A DNA stretch of 52,306 nt, filler included, from Squatina squatina (lineage: Eukaryota): the NCBI GenBank assembly GCA_031763465.1. It is 3 parts of 3 records of this genome, joined end to end, with 100 filler letters (N's around TTAATTAATTAA, not from the genome) between each part and the next. Parts side by side here need not be neighbours in the genome. Positions count along the whole stretch, not along the records: positions 37,780 to 52,306 come from JARFOE010000001.1; 2 more parts are not named here. One strand, written 5' to 3'. Both the position numbers and the translations under genes were made by a program. The notes under the pieces are model-generated. The model was not told the origin of the DNA and ran no database searches. It saw nothing but the letters and a program-made list of their open reading frames with translations. Positions 49,065-52,306 of this stretch are shown piece after piece. Numbering within the stretch: position 1 is the stretch's first letter; the number at the start of each line of letters is the position of its first letter.

Positions 49065-52039
49065 TCGCAGANNNNNNNNNNNNNNNNNNNNNNNNNNNNN
49101 NNNNNNNNNNNNNNNNNNNNNNNNNNNNNNNNNNNNNNNNNNNNNNNNNNNNNNNNNNNNNNNNNNNNNNNNNNNNNNNNNNNNNNNNNNNNNNNNNNNN
49201 NNNNNNNNNNNNNNNNNNNNNNNNNNNNNNNNNNNNNNNNNNNNNNNNNNNNNNNNNNNNNNNNNNNNNNNNNNNNNNNNNNNNNNNNNNNNNNNNNNNN
49301 NNNNNNNNNNNNNNNNNNNNNNNNNNNNNNNNNNNNNNNNNNNNNNNNNNNNNNNNNNNNNNNNNNNNNNNNNNNNNNNNNNNNNNNNNNNNNNNNNNNN
49401 NNNNNNNNNNNNNNNNNNNNNNNNNNNNNNNNNNNNNNNNNNNNNNNNNNNNNNNNNNNNNNNNNNNNNNNNNNNNNNNNNNNNNNNNNNNNNNNNNNNN
49501 NNNNNNNNNNNNNNNNNNNNNNNNNNNNNNNNNNNNNNNNNNNNNNNNNNNNNNNNNNNNNNNNNNNNNNNNNNNNNNNNNNNNNNNNNNNNNNNNNNNN
49601 NNNNNNNNNNNNNNNNNNNNNNNNNNNNNNNNNNNNNNNNNNNNNNNNNNNNNNNNNNNNNNNNNNNNNNNNNNNNNNNNNNNNNNNNNNNNNNNNNNNN
49701 NNNNNNNNNNNNNNNNNNNNNNNNNNNNNNNNNNNNNNNNNNNNNNNNNNNNNNNNNNNNNNNNNNNNNNNNNNNNNNNNNNNNNNNNNNNNNNNNNNNN
49801 NNNNNNNNNNNNNNNNNNNNNNNNNNNNNNNNNNNNNNNNNNNNNNNNNNNNNNNNNNNNNNNNNNNNNNNNNNNNNNNNNNNNNNNNNTGCTTCAGACA
49901 TTATTCTCAATTGTATTTATTCTTTAGTGCACTCCATGGGCATGCAAACCACATGAGACGTAGCAAAGCCCTTTGGAATTTCATTCATTATTGTCACAAG
50001 GCATAGCTTTCATCTAATTTAAAGTTCCATTATAAAAGATTGTTCAGAAAGGTGAAGACTTTCAATAGAAGAAAAATCTACTGGTTTTACAGCCTTCTTC
50101 TGTTTGCCAGAAAAATAAAATACAATTTTAGAACAGCACGAGACTACCATTAATGTTTATGTGTAAACTGTAATCAGAAAGGTAGCTGATAGGAGCTGTC
50201 CTGTGCAACAGTCTTTAAAGAGGGAAACAGTTTTGGAAAATGGATGGAATTATAATTGGAAAAGAATCATACTGCAAAACATTTTGCTTATTGTATTAAC
50301 AGTGAATAGCGATATTATTCACCGTCTTATTTCTATACAAATGGATTAGAGTAAGGTCTGCAATACAGTCAGCATTCCCTTGAACCACTGAAGATCTTTA
50401 GTGTGAAGTCACCATATCATTAGCATAGGAATATTGCTGAATATACCAAGTTGTCTAATACAATTTTTATGCTTCAATGTTATGAAAAGAAAATTACTAC
50501 ATGAATAAAATATAATCACCATCTTCATTAATTTATATTATTTAGACAAATGGGATGGCATTTTAGAACTTGTTTTAAATCTGTGAAGCATGGTAGTTTT
50601 ACTTGCTTCATTCTAGAAGCATTTACTCAAAATAAAACAATGTATTAGCTCATGCATANNNNNNNNNNNNNNNNNNNNNNNNNNNNNNNNNNNNNNNNNN
50701 NNNNNNNNNNNNNNNNNNNNNNNNNNNNNNNNNNNNNNNNNNNNNNNNNNNNNNNNNNTCATGCATATGTTTTTCAAAGATTTGGACCAGCATCTTTGGT
50801 CAAATAATCTATTCAAGTGACTTATCATTAATAACCAAAAGTCCTTTTTTCTCGGTGTATGGACATTGATATCAATTTGTTTAAAGCTATGCCAATTTGA
50901 AGCCAAAATTAATTCAAGATAAAATATTTCAAACCACATCTGGTTAACCTGATGCCTTGTAATTTAGCACCTCTATTATTATTATACAAAAGAAACAGAT
51001 AAGTTTGAAGTTTTTTTTGTGTGTGACTTTCATCACTCATGCTGGGGTTCCTTTATGATGGCAGCAGTTTATTTAATTTCACAGCTTTGGGGAGAGCAAT
51101 TTCTAGAGCTGCTCCCTCCCACTAGGAGTGTTCAGTTTTTGAGAGTTCTTTCAGCTGTTAAATGGTCACTTGGTGCAGCACACATGAAAGGTAGTCATGC
51201 ACTAAATGCCTTCCCATCAGCCTGCGTTAGGCCGTGCTTGATGTATTTCGTGTGAAATTGATTGAATTGATGAATTTATTTGTGCCCTGATTATTCTTTC
51301 CAGCATTTCTAAAATTAAAGAACGATTTTATGGACAAGTTTAATTTTATCGGCAGAATTGTGTACTGTATCTGTCAGTTCTAGACTTTATGTCTAGGTGC
51401 ACAAACTAAGCTGATGAAGAAATACAATCCAAAATAATGTGAAGAAATTATTTGAGCAACTTGACTGATTTTGTGCTATTTCCTGATTAGTAAATGGTCG
51501 ATTTGTTTAAAAAAAATCATTTTTCTGTTAGGTACACATTCTCTGATACATCTTCCTACTCTTTGATTTGTTGACACTTAGCCAGATATTTGATTGTTAA
51601 CTCATCAACTAGTTAGTTATTTGAGCCAATTGAGCTTTGGGTCGTGGCACCCTGTGGCGTGATTTCTTCGAGGTCCAATGCCTCTGAAAGATAGAATCAC
51701 AGAGCACTGGAAACAGAACTTCTAATTATACAGGTGTATTGAAGTGGTCAACACATTGGTTTATTTCAGGTCAAGAACGTGCCTTTACACTTCAGTTCAG
51801 GAGATGGTATTCCAAAGTGTGCGCTTCATCAGTTATGGAGCTACAATTAGCTTCAGTGCTCACATTAAGAAAGTGAAAATTGGCCAAGGTTCCACTCTTA
51901 ATTGCTATTCACTGGTGCCTGTTGAAAGTCTGTGTGTGGATGTCAGATGATGCCACGTTTGAGCTGATGGGTTATACCCACTGCACTTGAATAACCTGCC
52001 AGCACTTACTTTCAAAGCTCACATGAATAATAGCTGCAA

Positions 52040-52306
52040 AGTGTCAGATTAGCTCAGTGGTAACATGCTCACCTCTGAGTCAGCAAATCGTCAGTTCAAA
52101 CCCCACTCCAGGTCTTGAGTGCATAATCTAGATGGATACTTCTGTGATACTGAGGGAGTGTTGTATTGTTGGAGGTGCCATCATTTGGATGAGATGTTAA
52201 ACTATGTAATTGATGCTCCATCTGCCTGATCGCTTACGTATAATAGGTCCCATGGTCCTAAGTGAAGAAGAGCATGGGGAGTTCTCCTGGCTAACATTAA
52301 CCTCTC
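52040..52306 (+). mobile_element. Diverged Deu-domain SINE, 5' part
   Basis: tagctcagtggtaacatgctcacctctgagtcag...gttcaaaccccactccag...gtcccatgg...gaagaagagcatggggagttctcctgg is homologous to 6330-6590. Confidence 0.75.

Overview
This is eukaryotic, AT-rich vertebrate DNA. The repeat content (Deu-domain tRNA-SINEs of the SacSINE1 type, CR1 and L2 LINE relics, a Harbinger-type Myb/SANT relic) points to a cartilaginous fish, probably a shark. The assembly is very fragmented: contigs of about 0.5-3 kb are joined by about 32 uniform 100-N gaps, five 10-N gaps and one gap of about 818 N. Two artificial N44-TTAATTAATTAA-N44 linkers (24800-24899, 37680-37779) split the window into three independently concatenated blocks. 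The middle block (24900-37679) holds seven recognisable exons of five genes in the order DAGLB(-), KDELR2(-), OTOA(-, two spliceable exons), METTL9(-, last exon) and CDR2(+, exon 2 and the last exon). Most of their exons and introns are missing, so the apparent gene density is an assembly effect. The outer blocks are mostly intronic or intergenic, with TE relics, a few unidentified candidate exons and a candidate microexon. Nearly all listed ORFs are spurious or span gaps. I found no convincing novel biological system. Gene and repeat-family names come from recalled sequences, not from a database search.
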